Below, piece after piece: positions 16,978 to 26,820 of a stretch of 34,260 nucleotides of DNA. The translations under genes were made by a program, and so were the position numbers. Below the pieces are notes generated by a model, which was not told where the DNA came from, searched no databases, and was given only the letters and a program-made list of their open reading frames with translations. The first letter of the stretch is position 1, and every line of letters starts with the position of its first letter. The DNA is from a virus (Duplodnaviria > Caudoviricetes), in the IMG/VR virus record IMGVR_UViG_3300025018_000355, positions 1-34,260 of that record; one strand, written 5' to 3'.

Positions 16978-18571
16978 GGAAATACTAGAAAGAGAAGCGT
17001 TGTTAGGCCGAGTAAGTGGCGATAAAAAGATTGTGGTTGAAAGATTATTAGAGGGATACAACTTCATTGAGATTACTAAGTTTGAAAATATTAGTAAGGC
17101 TCAAGTGTATCGGATTAAGAAAGAATTACAAATGGAGTACAAAGACATTCTTATTAAACATCAAGATGAGGTTGTTAAACAAAACCATAGACAAATAAAA
17201 AATCTTTTTGATAATGCAACTGTTATATCAAAGGGTAACAAACTAGCTCGTTTCAACGATTATTTTATCAATGATTATGATCCAGAAGCAACGGAAAAGA
17301 ATTGGGTATCTACTCAGTTGCAGGATGATATGTACGATATATGGGAACAATATCCTAAAAGTTGTATCATGGCTCCTCGTGAACATCTTAAAACTACATC
17401 AGTTATTTCTTATCTAATCAAAAAGATCTTTGAAAGAACTTATCCCATTGAAATCAACTACTATCATTTAGTTAAAGAAATTGCCGAGGAAAAGTTTAGA
17501 AAGATGAGGCTTATTATTGAATCAAGTCCATTACTTGCTCATAATTTTGGTCTTAAAGATCTAACAAAGGATACACAATCACATCTTGAGTTGTTGGATG
17601 GTACAGTTATGAAGCCAATGAGTTGGGGTCAAGGTTCTGTTGGTAAACATCCACATATTATTGTTCTTGATGACGTTATTGATAGGCGTGTTGCTTACTC
17701 CGATGATCGTAATAATAAAGCAATTGATAGATTCTACTCTGATATTTATCCTCAAATTAGTAAAGACGATAAAGAAAAGAAAATCATTATCATTGGTACT
17801 GCTCAAAGAGAAGACGATTTATATAGTTCTTTACCTACTGATTTTCATAAAAGAGTTTATAAAGCCATAAAACCAGATGGACAACCACTATCCCCAGAAC
17901 TATTTAGTTTAGAAGCATTGGATAAGATTAAGGCTGATATATCAGAGAAGTTTGGAGAGAAATATTGGCTTAAAGAGTATATGAATACGCCATTTAATGC
18001 GATGGGAGATATTATCAAAAGAGAGTGGATTCAGAGATATAAAACAATTCCAGATGGATTGGATATCTATCAAGGTTGGGACTTATCTGTTGGTAAAGAT
18101 CCTGAAAAGGGAGACTATACTGGTGGTGTAACTATTGGTGTTAAGAAAATTGATGAGATGATGCTAATATATGTATTAGATGTGTTTAGAGAAAGACTTG
18201 ATTTTGATGCACGTTTAAGAGCAATCACAGAACAGGCTAATAAGTGGAAACCACTAAAGATTGCTATTGAGGAGAATACTTTTCAATACGATACTGTTCA
18301 AACTATGATTAAGCAAACTAATCTTCCTATATCTGGTGTTAAGACTTTAAAGAATAAGATTGAGAAGTTTATTGTTGATCTTGCTCCACATTTTGAGAAT
18401 AAAAAGATCTTTATCGGGTATGATAGTGGTGATGAACAAAAGTTTGATTTATTATTAAATGAACTTCTATCTCTACCATTCGGAGAACATGATGACCAAG
18501 CAGATGGTTTAGTATTAGCAATAAAAGCAAGTGCAGTGGATTCTGATGTTCCATTCATTGACTTTCTTTAA
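16961..18571 (+). CDS. terL: terminase large subunit with N-terminal HTH extension
   Basis: Walker A-like APREHLKTT, Walker B IIVLDD, coupling motif IIGT, nuclease GWDLS and HDDQAD. Confidence 0.9.
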   Translation: MMKNLEEILEREALLGRVSGDKKIVVERLLEGYNFIEITKFENISKAQVYRIKKELQMEYKDILIKHQDEVVKQNHRQIKNLFDNATVISKGNKLARFNDYFINDYDPEATEKNWVSTQLQDDMYDIWEQYPKSCIMAPREHLKTTSVISYLIKKIFERTYPIEINYYHLVKEIAEEKFRKMRLIIESSPLLAHNFGLKDLTKDTQSHLELLDGTVMKPMSWGQGSVGKHPHIIVLDDVIDRRVAYSDDRNNKAIDRFYSDIYPQISKDDKEKKIIIIGTAQREDDLYSSLPTDFHKRVYKAIKPDGQPLSPELFSLEALDKIKADISEKFGEKYWLKEYMNTPFNAMGDIIKREWIQRYKTIPDGLDIYQGWDLSVGKDPEKGDYTGGVTIGVKKIDEMMLIYVLDVFRERLDFDARLRAITEQANKWKPLKIAIEENTFQYDTVQTMIKQTNLPISGVKTLKNKIEKFIVDLAPHFENKKIFIGYDSGDEQKFDLLLNELLSLPFGEHDDQADGLVLAIKASAVDSDVPFIDFL

Positions 18572-18600
18572 GGAATAAAAGAGTACAAATCTTTTATAAT
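18571..18600 (+). promoter_or_regulatory. late-type promoter AGGAAT-N18-TATAAT (portal)
   Basis: AGGAAT 18571-18576, TATAAT 18595-18600. Confidence 0.65.
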
Positions 18601-18608
18601 GGTTATAT

Positions 18609-20678
18609 ATGACAATCAAAGACTTTATCTCAGGATTATTTAGCAAGAGCAATGGAGGTTGGAACTATTTTTATTCCTCAGCTCCATATGTAAGTAAGAA
18701 AAATCAAGAATATTATTTTGGTATTATCTTTTCTGCTACTGATGCAATCGCTAAGGCTGTTCAAAACGTAGAGTACGGACTTTATAAAAAAAAAGGAGAT
18801 GATTACGAGGAAGTTACTGATCATCCTGCTATCAAACTATTAAAGACTCCAAACGTAATTCATTCAGACAGAGACTTCTTATATACTTTCTCAAGTCATA
18901 TTGATTTATATGGTCAATCATTCTTATGGCCTATCAGAACTTGTATGAGTTCTAAAAACATTGTTGAGTTAAGAATACTTAATGCAAGTAATGTTCATAC
19001 AATCCCAAGTGATGAAAATCTTATTGATGGTTATAAATGGAAAACTGGTACTAAAACAAGAGACTTTGAACCTCAAGAGTTAGTAAACATCTTACGTCCT
19101 GATCCTATTGATATGATCAATGGACTATCTACTATTCAAAAGGCTAAATACGAGGGAGATAACGAACTTAATTCTCAAAAACTCAATGCTTCATTTTATG
19201 AAAATGGTGGTCTTCCATCTGGTGTCATTTCAACAGATAGTGCAGTAGATCAAAAGACCTTTGACATGATTAAACGCAGAGTTAAACAACAATATGAAGG
19301 TGTAAAGAATTCGTATAAGGTAATGTTCTTAACTCATGGTGCTAATTACAAAGCTATTCAACCAACTCAAAGAGATATGGAATATGTATCTCAAAGAAAA
19401 TTAAACAGAGATCAAATCTTATCTATCTTTCAAGTGCCTGGGTCTGTTATTGCTGTAAGTGAAAACTCAAATAGAGCAGTTGCAGAAGTTGAACTTCGTG
19501 CTTTCATGGAAAATACTGTTGAACCACGATTAAGATTTATCTTTGATAAGTTAAATAGATTCTATCTTCCAATGTTTGAAGGAACTGAGGGAATGGAACT
19601 AAGATTTGAAAGTGTAGTACCTGCTGATAGACAGTTTGAACTACTTGAAAAAGTACAATCAGTTAGAAAATGGAGAACTCCAAATGAAATTCGTGCAAGT
19701 GAAGGACTAGAACCTATTGAAGGTGGTGATGGATTAGACTCTGCTACTAATTTTAGCTTTAATCCTGCTGATACCTCAAGTGATGAGGATATTTCAGGGG
19801 ATGATACATCCGATGATAAAAATAAAGCCGAAAATAAGGCATTAGAAACCCTCGCCCAGGCGTGGAGTAAAGAAAAAGAATGTACAGACTGTAACAAAGG
19901 GGATCATAAGACCAAATTAGAGGAATTACCAAAGCCATCTGACCAATCAAATAAAAAAGATAGGGAATATACACGAAGACGTAATAGTTATATTAGTGCA
20001 AAAGAAAAGAAATTTGCATTAGAACTTAATCAACACGTTAGTTTTTTAATTCGTGATATCAAAAAAGAATCAATAAAGATGGTTAAGGGTATTGAAGAAG
20101 ACTTTGAACTCACGCCACAAGTTGTTGAAAGTAAAATACTTCCCGATGATGAGAAGATTGAGCAATGGAAGACAATGCTTTTCTTAATGATACTTAAAAA
20201 TAACACTCAGATTTGGAAAACTGCTTCTAAACAAATGAATGATGTGTATGGTTATAAAGAAATTGAGGTTGATAGATTAGTCTCTAACTTTATTTCTGAT
20301 AGAGCCAACTTTACTTCTAAATCTGTAAGTACAACTATATTTAAACAAATCAGAACTTCAATTGATAATGCTGTAAAGAATGGAGAAATTGATTTAAGAA
20401 AAATTAAAGATATTGTTGTTGATAATATGAGGGATGTTAAAGATTGGAAAGCAGAACAGATTGCTCGTACTGAATTAGCTTGGTCATATTCTGAGGTTCA
20501 AATGAAAACCTATAAAGAAAATGGTGTTGAAAAAGTAAAGTGGGTTTGTGGTGGAAATCCTTGCGAGATCTGTGCAACTAACTGTGGAGAGGAAGTAGAA
20601 CTAAATAAGTCTTTCTCAAGTGGTCATACCAATGAACCTGCTCATATCAACTGTATGTGTATGGTAGTAGCAACATAA
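18609..20678 (+). CDS. HK97-type portal fused to MuF/head-morphogenesis domain
   Basis: FYENGGLPSGVI, ILSIFQVP, TPNEIRASEGLEPIEGGD (portal); AEQIARTE...KW...CEIC...PAHINCMC (MuF). Confidence 0.85.
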   Translation: MTIKDFISGLFSKSNGGWNYFYSSAPYVSKKNQEYYFGIIFSATDAIAKAVQNVEYGLYKKKGDDYEEVTDHPAIKLLKTPNVIHSDRDFLYTFSSHIDLYGQSFLWPIRTCMSSKNIVELRILNASNVHTIPSDENLIDGYKWKTGTKTRDFEPQELVNILRPDPIDMINGLSTIQKAKYEGDNELNSQKLNASFYENGGLPSGVISTDSAVDQKTFDMIKRRVKQQYEGVKNSYKVMFLTHGANYKAIQPTQRDMEYVSQRKLNRDQILSIFQVPGSVIAVSENSNRAVAEVELRAFMENTVEPRLRFIFDKLNRFYLPMFEGTEGMELRFESVVPADRQFELLEKVQSVRKWRTPNEIRASEGLEPIEGGDGLDSATNFSFNPADTSSDEDISGDDTSDDKNKAENKALETLAQAWSKEKECTDCNKGDHKTKLEELPKPSDQSNKKDREYTRRRNSYISAKEKKFALELNQHVSFLIRDIKKESIKMVKGIEEDFELTPQVVESKILPDDEKIEQWKTMLFLMILKNNTQIWKTASKQMNDVYGYKEIEVDRLVSNFISDRANFTSKSVSTTIFKQIRTSIDNAVKNGEIDLRKIKDIVVDNMRDVKDWKAEQIARTELAWSYSEVQMKTYKENGVEKVKWVCGGNPCEICATNCGEEVELNKSFSSGHTNEPAHINCMCMVVAT

Positions 20679-20708
20679 AGGAATAATTATTAAGGAATAC
20701 TTTATAAT
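20679..20708 (+). promoter_or_regulatory. late-type promoter AGGAAT-N18-TATAAT (protease-capsid)
   Basis: AGGAAT 20679-20684, TATAAT 20703-20708. Confidence 0.65.
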
Positions 20709-20718
20709 GGAGTTATAT

Positions 20719-21603
20719 ATGAAAAAATCTGAACAGTTAGAAAAACAAATCAAAACCCTATCAATGGTTATTGATGTAAAGAGTATTGATAAAAAATCAC
20801 GCATCATTCGTGGTGTTATTGGTACTACTGGTAACTTAGATCGTCATGGCGATACAGTAAATCCAGATGGATGGTTACTTGATAACTTCCTAAAGAACCC
20901 TGTAATCTTCGTTAATCACGCTTCTTGGGAAATGCCAGTTGGAAAAGCTATTGAAGTAAGAAAAGTAGAAAATGGCCTAGAGTTTGATATTCAATTTTCA
21001 ACTAAAACAGAACAAGCAAATGAGGCTTGGGGTTTAATTGAAGAAGGAATAATGAAAGCATGGTCAGTTGGCTTTATTGTTTTAGATTGGGGCAGACCAG
21101 GAGATGAATATACCATAATGAAACAAGAACTTTTAGAATTAAGTTTGGTTGGTTTACCTGCAAATCCTGATGCTATGAGTCCTAAACAAGCACAAAGTCT
21201 TAAAGCATTACAATCACTTATTGAATCTAAAGGTGTGAAACATGAGGCTAAAGCTGAAACTCCAGAGACACCAGAAGTACCAGAGACACCAGAAAAGAAG
21301 ATTGATGATGAGGACGTAGTCATCCCAGAAGATGAGGATAAACTTAAAATGATCTTGGATAAGTTAAACTCTCTTGAAGCAGAAGTTAAAGAAATTAAAG
21401 AGACACAAGAAAAAAGCCTACAAAATATAGTAGACTTTACTAATCAAGTTAAATCTGATGAACAAATTACCGAAGATCATGTCTTCCTTGCTCTTAATGA
21501 CATCCAGTCGGAGCTAAGAAGTGAAGATAAGGATATCGGTAAGACTCTAAGTCAGGTTAATAAAGTATTAAAACTAATAGGAAAGGACAATTCTCATGAA
21601 TAA
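20719..21603 (+). CDS. HK97-family prohead protease with C-terminal coiled extension
   Basis: DRHGD, NPVIFVNH, AWSVGF, ELLELSLVGLPANPDA; start set at MKKSEQ. Confidence 0.9.
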   Translation: MKKSEQLEKQIKTLSMVIDVKSIDKKSRIIRGVIGTTGNLDRHGDTVNPDGWLLDNFLKNPVIFVNHASWEMPVGKAIEVRKVENGLEFDIQFSTKTEQANEAWGLIEEGIMKAWSVGFIVLDWGRPGDEYTIMKQELLELSLVGLPANPDAMSPKQAQSLKALQSLIESKGVKHEAKAETPETPEVPETPEKKIDDEDVVIPEDEDKLKMILDKLNSLEAEVKEIKETQEKSLQNIVDFTNQVKSDEQITEDHVFLALNDIQSELRSEDKDIGKTLSQVNKVLKLIGKDNSHE

Positions 21604-22753
21604 AGAAGAGATTGCCAAAGCTCTAGCAGAACTTAAAGACTCTGTGAAAAGCGAACTGGGTGTTGAACTCAGTGATTCCCTATCAGAAAAAGTTGCTGGC
21701 GTTGTCAGCAAAGAGATGCTTGGTAAGTTTGAGGCTCAAATGAAAGACCTTAAAATTGCTAACACTCCTGATGAGGAAAAACAAGCTAAGGCTTGGGAAG
21801 ATACTGTTAAAGGATTCAAAAACCTTTATAACAAACAGATTCTTAACAAAGATATTGACACAACTACCTCAAGTTCTGGTCTTGAGTTGATTCCTGAATA
21901 CTTCGGTAACGAGGTTATTCGTATCGCTCAACAGGTCGGTGTTGCTCGTAATAACTCACGAGTTATCACTTTGCCAGGAAAGACTTTCAACTTGCCAGGT
22001 TTTGGTAATGTAACTGCATATCGTACTGATGAAAAGTCAGCTTACACCGCTTCTGGTTTAAGTACTGATCAGACTCAGTTCGTAGCAAAGAAATTGACTG
22101 CTATGGTTATTATGACCAAAGAGGCAATTGAAGATGCTAATGTGGACATCATCAAATGGGTTGCTGAACTTGCTGGAGAAGGCATTGCTCGTAAAGAAGA
22201 CGAGTGGGCTTTCTTAGGTCTTGGTGCAGGTGAAGGTATTTTCCAAACCACAGGTGTTCCTGAATACACTTTAGGAGCTGGCGATGTTACTTACGCATCA
22301 GTTGATTTTGACGACTTGCTAGGTGCATTAGCTTTGGTAGATGATGGTGTTGTTGATAGCCTTAAATGGTTAGGTTCTTTCTCAGTCTTTAATGACTTGA
22401 GAGGTACTAAAGACAGCAATGGTCAATACATCTTCCAGAATCCTGGTGCTGGTATGCCAAACACAATCTGGGGACTCCCTTACTTGAAGTCTACTGTTAT
22501 GCCTAAAACCAGTGATGGTTCTCAAGCAAACAAGAGCTTCATGGGTGCTTATGATCCACGATACTTGATGATCGGTGATCGTAAACGCATTGAGGTTGAG
22601 TTCAGTAAAGAGGCTACTGTTACATCTAGCGGTTCAACAGCAATCAACCTCTTTGAACAGGATTATGTCGCTGTTAAAGTGTCTGAGAGATTGGACATTC
22701 AGTTGGCACAACCAACCAAAGCATTTGTGAAAATTACTACTGCTGCAATTTAA
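21596..22753 (+). CDS. major capsid protein, HK97 fold
   Basis: Coiled N-terminal delta-like domain, LIPEYF, KDSNGQYI, IWGLP; position after the protease. Confidence 0.9.
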   Translation: MNKEEIAKALAELKDSVKSELGVELSDSLSEKVAGVVSKEMLGKFEAQMKDLKIANTPDEEKQAKAWEDTVKGFKNLYNKQILNKDIDTTTSSSGLELIPEYFGNEVIRIAQQVGVARNNSRVITLPGKTFNLPGFGNVTAYRTDEKSAYTASGLSTDQTQFVAKKLTAMVIMTKEAIEDANVDIIKWVAELAGEGIARKEDEWAFLGLGAGEGIFQTTGVPEYTLGAGDVTYASVDFDDLLGALALVDDGVVDSLKWLGSFSVFNDLRGTKDSNGQYIFQNPGAGMPNTIWGLPYLKSTVMPKTSDGSQANKSFMGAYDPRYLMIGDRKRIEVEFSKEATVTSSGSTAINLFEQDYVAVKVSERLDIQLAQPTKAFVKITTAAI

Positions 22754-22768
22754 TAGTTGAATCAGTAC

Positions 22769-22796
22769 GGGGAGGGTGGAGCAATCTGCCCTCCCC
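22769..22796 (+). terminator. GC-rich GNRA hairpin after capsid gene (no U-tract)
   Basis: GGGGAGGGTGGA-GCAA-TCTGCCCTCCCC. Confidence 0.5.
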
Positions 22797-22843
22797 ACAA
22801 ATGAGATTATAATGATTATAAATAGATCAAAAGGAAAATAATT

Positions 22844-23170
22844 ATGGTAGAAGATACACAAACAAATGAAGAAACAGTAGAAGAAGTAGTTGAAGAAACT
22901 CAAGAGACTCCAGAAACTGTTGAATCCCCTAAAGAAGAAAAGAAATCTAGTAAGAAAACTAAACAAGTAGTTCTTATTCCCAAACAAACATTTGGTTTTG
23001 AACGCAAGTCTTATTTAGTAGGCCAGAAGTATGTAATGGCTCAAAAAGATCTTCCTAGTGCTGTTGAGGGAAAATATGAAACCCAATCAGTTGAAGATGT
23101 TAAAAAAGAAGAAGAAAAACTTGCTAAAGTTAAAGCTAAAAGAATGCCTGTACTTGGCAAGAAAAAATAA
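22844..23170 (+). CDS. small charged head-module protein
   Basis: AAGGA RBS; acidic N-terminus, basic C-terminus; follows the capsid gene. Confidence 0.6.
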   Translation: MVEDTQTNEETVEEVVEETQETPETVESPKEEKKSSKKTKQVVLIPKQTFGFERKSYLVGQKYVMAQKDLPSAVEGKYETQSVEDVKKEEEKLAKVKAKRMPVLGKKK

Positions 23171-23173
23171 TCT

Positions 23174-23758
23174 ATGTCATTTAAGAAGTTTGAATACCAA
23201 ACTGGCTATTCTGGACTTACTCAAGCAGATATAGCCACATTTCTAAAACGTACTCTTACAACGGATGAGCAAACTCTAGTTACTTCTCTGATTACTGAGG
23301 TTGAAAGATCTTTGTGTCAGATGACTAATAGACAATTCAAATCTGGTGTTGATTATTATGAAGAATTTGGTTCTGGTCATAGTAACTTTGACCTTGCTAA
23401 TGTTCCTGTAAGTTCACTAACAACTATTGAAGTTGATGGTGTTGATGTTACTGCAAATTATGATCTGGCTGAAGACTATTGGGTTATGGATGAGTTATAT
23501 ATTAAGTTCCAAAGTCCTATTACAAGTGCTGATTTATATACTGGAGTTAAACTTACATATCAGATACGTCAATTCTGGGGAGAAGATGTTAAATTACTAT
23601 TAAAGAAATGGATATCTTACGAGTTCCTAAACTCTGAAAATGCAGGTGTAGGAGTAAGTAACTTTGGATTTTCTGATCTTAACAAGACATTTAATGTCTC
23701 TCAATATCAACGTGAGAAAGAAAAGATTATCAGTTACTATACTTTACTACGCTTATGA
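23174..23758 (+). CDS. head-tail adaptor/connector
   Basis: Synteny; TNRQF...L.NVPVSSLTTIEVDG pattern. Confidence 0.65.
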   Translation: MSFKKFEYQTGYSGLTQADIATFLKRTLTTDEQTLVTSLITEVERSLCQMTNRQFKSGVDYYEEFGSGHSNFDLANVPVSSLTTIEVDGVDVTANYDLAEDYWVMDELYIKFQSPITSADLYTGVKLTYQIRQFWGEDVKLLLKKWISYEFLNSENAGVGVSNFGFSDLNKTFNVSQYQREKEKIISYYTLLRL

Positions 23759-24093
23759 TGATGGATGTTTTAGCTACTATCTCTCAATTATCTGGTTCAT
23801 CTACGAATCAGTCTTATTCTATTACCAATACAAATGCTCGTATTGTTCTAATTCCAGCTTCTAATGAGGCTGTTGCCCTATATCAAGCTATGCCTCAAGG
23901 ACAAATGTTTCAATTTAACATTGTCTCTGACACAATAGATAATCTCAAACAACAATCAAAAATAACTGTTACTGCAAAACAAGTATCTGACTTTGAAAAT
24001 GGCGATATTTTTATAACTATGACTGATACTAAAAGAACTAGGATTGGTGGAAAGTTTTACTTAACTGGTCTTTGTTATAAAAAAGAATCATGA
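23755..24093 (+). CDS. putative head closure protein
   Basis: Size and synteny. Confidence 0.5.
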   Translation: MMMDVLATISQLSGSSTNQSYSITNTNARIVLIPASNEAVALYQAMPQGQMFQFNIVSDTIDNLKQQSKITVTAKQVSDFENGDIFITMTDTKRTRIGGKFYLTGLCYKKES

Positions 24094-24554
24094 AAGTAAA
24101 TCTACAACCAACTGCAAGAACAATATCATTACTAAAAAAACTATCTGAATCAACCTCGGTAGTAAATAAAGCCAAAAGGGCTGGAATGATTAAAGCAACT
24201 AATCTCTTTAAGATGAGAGCAGTTGAAAAAGCCCCGATAGCCAAAGGTACATTAAGAAAATCTATAATGACTGAAGTATCCTCAGATGGGGATAATGGTC
24301 GTGTGTATTCTGATTTAGATTACGCCCTCTATCAAGAGGAAGGTACTGGAATCTATGGTCCTAAAGGACAGCCAATCACAGCTAAAAAAGGCAAGATGAT
24401 GAGATTCAAGAGTAAATCAGGCAAAATAATATATACTAGAAGTGTAAAGGGTGTTAGACCAAAGAAGTTTATGCAACAGGCTTCTGAGTTTGTCCTAACA
24501 CAAACAGGGGTAATCTCACAAATAATTGGAGATGAACTTGAAAAAGGACTATAA
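24090..24554 (+). CDS. HK97 gp10-like neck protein
   Basis: APIAKGTLRKSI, YALYQEEGTG, GVRPKKFM. Confidence 0.8.
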   Translation: MKVNLQPTARTISLLKKLSESTSVVNKAKRAGMIKATNLFKMRAVEKAPIAKGTLRKSIMTEVSSDGDNGRVYSDLDYALYQEEGTGIYGPKGQPITAKKGKMMRFKSKSGKIIYTRSVKGVRPKKFMQQASEFVLTQTGVISQIIGDELEKGL

Positions 24555-24556
24555 AT

Positions 24557-24985
24557 ATGCCAAATATGATTGATGAACAAGCAATAATTAATGCACTTGA
24601 TCCACTACTAAGTTCTATTTCTAATGTTCAAGAGGTTTATAAAGGTGTTCCAAATTCTTTAGAGGTATATCCATCTATTGTAATTACTCAAGCAAGTTGG
24701 GAAGATGCTTTTGCAGATCAAAGAGATACAGTAGTAACAATGACTTTTAAAGTTATTGTTTATGTAAATCTAACTACCAATACTTTAGGTGCTCAAGATA
24801 CTTTACGAGCTGTTGTTAAAGCAGTTAGAGAAGTTTTAGGAGATCAAGATAATATTACTCTTGGTAATTTAGTAGACTCATCTCGGCTAACTCAAGGCGA
24901 ATACTTTTTTGATCAGAAAGAAACAATGCTTGGAAGTTGTGAAATAACGTATACTGTAAGAAAGAGATTCAATAGGTATTCATAA
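24557..24985 (+). CDS. putative tail terminator
   Basis: Size, YPSIVI motif, synteny before the tail tube gene. Confidence 0.6.
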   Translation: MPNMIDEQAIINALDPLLSSISNVQEVYKGVPNSLEVYPSIVITQASWEDAFADQRDTVVTMTFKVIVYVNLTTNTLGAQDTLRAVVKAVREVLGDQDNITLGNLVDSSRLTQGEYFFDQKETMLGSCEITYTVRKRFNRYS

Positions 24986-24990
24986 CAAAC

Positions 24991-25020
24991 AGGAATAATA
25001 ATAATTAAATCATTTATAAT
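24991..25020 (+). promoter_or_regulatory. late-type promoter AGGAAT-N18-TATAAT (tail tube operon)
   Basis: AGGAAT 24991-24996, TATAAT 25015-25020. Confidence 0.65.
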
Positions 25021-25028
25021 GGAGTTAT

Positions 25029-25196
25029 ATGAAATACAAATACAAAGGTAAAACGGCTATAAAGATTTACGGGGTCGGCATTGTACAACCTGTATCAGAA
25101 TTTGAATCTGATAAGGAGATTATTCATCCCCTCATTAGTAAAGTAGAAACAAAATCTTCTAAGAAAAAAGAAGAATTAGAAAGTAAGGAGAAATAA
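25029..25196 (+). CDS. small protein (55 aa) upstream of tail tube, absent from ORF track
   Basis: MKYKYKGKTAIKIYGVGIVQP...; fills the gap exactly. Confidence 0.65.
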   Translation: MKYKYKGKTAIKIYGVGIVQPVSEFESDKEIIHPLISKVETKSSKKKEELESKEK

Positions 25197-25198
25197 TC

Positions 25199-26155
25199 AT
25201 GGCAAACGAAGGAATTTTAACCCAAATCAGTCTCGCTAAAGAGACAACCGTTGGAACTGCTGTTGTTCCTAGTATCTCTATGGCAGTATTGCCTAGTGAT
25301 GGTGTTGTAACAGAAGAAGAAGCTGTCGGTGTAGAGGGAATTGATACCTCTCCTGCTCTTAATAAAGAGTTTGTACAAGGTATTCGTGAATACAACGGTG
25401 CTTTTGAAATGAACGCTTTCCCACAAGCAATTGGATATCTAATGGCCTCTGCCTTTGGTTCAGTATCAAGTGCTGCTGCTGGTGGAGAAACCATTGTTTA
25501 TGATCATGATTTTGTAGAAGTTGTAACTAAAACCTCTGTAACTCTTGAACAAAAAATTGGTTCAATTACTGAAAGATTTGCAGGATTCGTTGCAAGTAAG
25601 TTTGGTATTGAAATCACGGTTGGAGAGCCAATTAAGTTTACTTTTGAAGGTAAAGCATTAAGTAAAGCTACTGCAACTGCTATCACGGCTTCTTATGAAG
25701 ATTCTCCAGTATTTGACTGGACTGATATTCAATCAATTACTCTTGGTGGTACTGATATTAAAGATGCTTTAAGTGAATTAAGTCTTGAATATACCAATAA
25801 CTTACAAAACTTCCACGGATTAAGTGGAGATTCTGAGCCAACTAATATATATGTTGAGCCAAGTGAAGTTACTGGTTCTATTACTGCTTACTTAGATACA
25901 AATATTAAGGCATTACAAGCTGTATTTGAAGCTAAAACTCAACAGGCTTTGATTATTACTATCCAAGCTGATGAAACAATCGGTGTTGCAAGTAAAAATC
26001 AATTAGTTATTACTGTTCCAAAGGTTGTTTTAAATACCTATGCTTATCCAATTGATACCGGATATGTTGAAGTTACTTCTGATTTTGTTGCAAGACAAGA
26101 TGCTACTGATGGTTTGATTAAAGCTACCTTAACTAATTTAGTTGCTTCATACTAA
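25199..26155 (+). CDS. major tail tube protein
   Basis: KETTVGTAV N-terminus, beta-rich composition, AAGGAG RBS, synteny. Confidence 0.8.
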   Translation: MANEGILTQISLAKETTVGTAVVPSISMAVLPSDGVVTEEEAVGVEGIDTSPALNKEFVQGIREYNGAFEMNAFPQAIGYLMASAFGSVSSAAAGGETIVYDHDFVEVVTKTSVTLEQKIGSITERFAGFVASKFGIEITVGEPIKFTFEGKALSKATATAITASYEDSPVFDWTDIQSITLGGTDIKDALSELSLEYTNNLQNFHGLSGDSEPTNIYVEPSEVTGSITAYLDTNIKALQAVFEAKTQQALIITIQADETIGVASKNQLVITVPKVVLNTYAYPIDTGYVEVTSDFVARQDATDGLIKATLTNLVASY

Positions 26156-26210
26156 ATCTGGTAGCTGATTATAAAAAGTATAAGCCGAAAGGCAGAGAAT
26201 AAAGGATTGT

Positions 26211-26570
26211 ATGACTATAACTACACCTTCTGGGTATAAAGTAACATTTAAGAATCAAGACGAATTGACGTATGGTGATCGTAGGACTATCCAACGAGCC
26301 ATGATGCGTGATATGTCTATTAAAGCTGGTACTAAACAGGAAGATATTTCCATTACTGGTGGCATGATTTTTTCAGGTCAAGACGAAGCTCTTAAAGTAA
26401 CCCTTAAATCTATTGTGAATCCTGATGGAACTCAAGTAACTGGAGACCTCTACGAAGCAGTAATGAATTGGACAAACCAAGAAGATGGCGATGCTGTTTT
26501 TGAAGTGGTTAATAATTCCTTGAATGGAGACAGCGAAAAAAAAGAACCGTTGAAGCTAAACGCAGTCTAA
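26211..26570 (+). CDS. tail assembly chaperone (gpG-like)
   Basis: Lies between tube and tape measure genes; A8 slippery run near the 3' end. Confidence 0.75.
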   Translation: MTITTPSGYKVTFKNQDELTYGDRRTIQRAMMRDMSIKAGTKQEDISITGGMIFSGQDEALKVTLKSIVNPDGTQVTGDLYEAVMNWTNQEDGDAVFEVVNNSLNGDSEKKEPLKLNAV

Positions 26571-26800
26571 GACGGTTTTTTGCTTCAAAACAAGGACGAG
26601 TACCATTTCCAAACGAGTATGGCGAAGCCTACTTGTGTTTTATCCTCAAGATTACTTTTAGTGAGTTAAATAATCAACCAAGTTGGTGGGTTGATGATAT
26701 GTTAGATATAGTAACTACTAAAAACTCTGTTGAAGCTGATGACGCCAAGAAGCAACAAAAAAAAGCAGGATCATCAACACACAGAGGAAGAAGAAGGTAG
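26543..26800 (+). CDS. -1 frameshift extension of the tail chaperone (gpGT-like)
   Basis: -1 frame open from the A-run to TAG 26798-26800: RTVEAKRSLRRFF...ITFSELNNQPSWWVDDML... Confidence 0.75.
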   Translation, partial: RTVEAKRSLRRFFASKQGRVPFPNEYGEAYLCFILKITFSELNNQPSWWVDDMLDIVTTKNSVEADDAKKQQKKAGSSTHRGRRR

Positions 26801-26814
26801 CTTTTAGCTATAAT
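26785..26814 (+). promoter_or_regulatory. late-type promoter variant AGGAAG-N18-TATAAT (tape measure)
   Basis: AGGAAG 26785-26790, TATAAT 26809-26814, ATG 26821. Confidence 0.5.
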
Positions 26815-26820
26815 GAAGTC

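Noticed and set aside
21261-21297. CCAGAGACA-type short repeats
   Set aside because: Low-complexity ETPETPEVPETPE linker of the protease.
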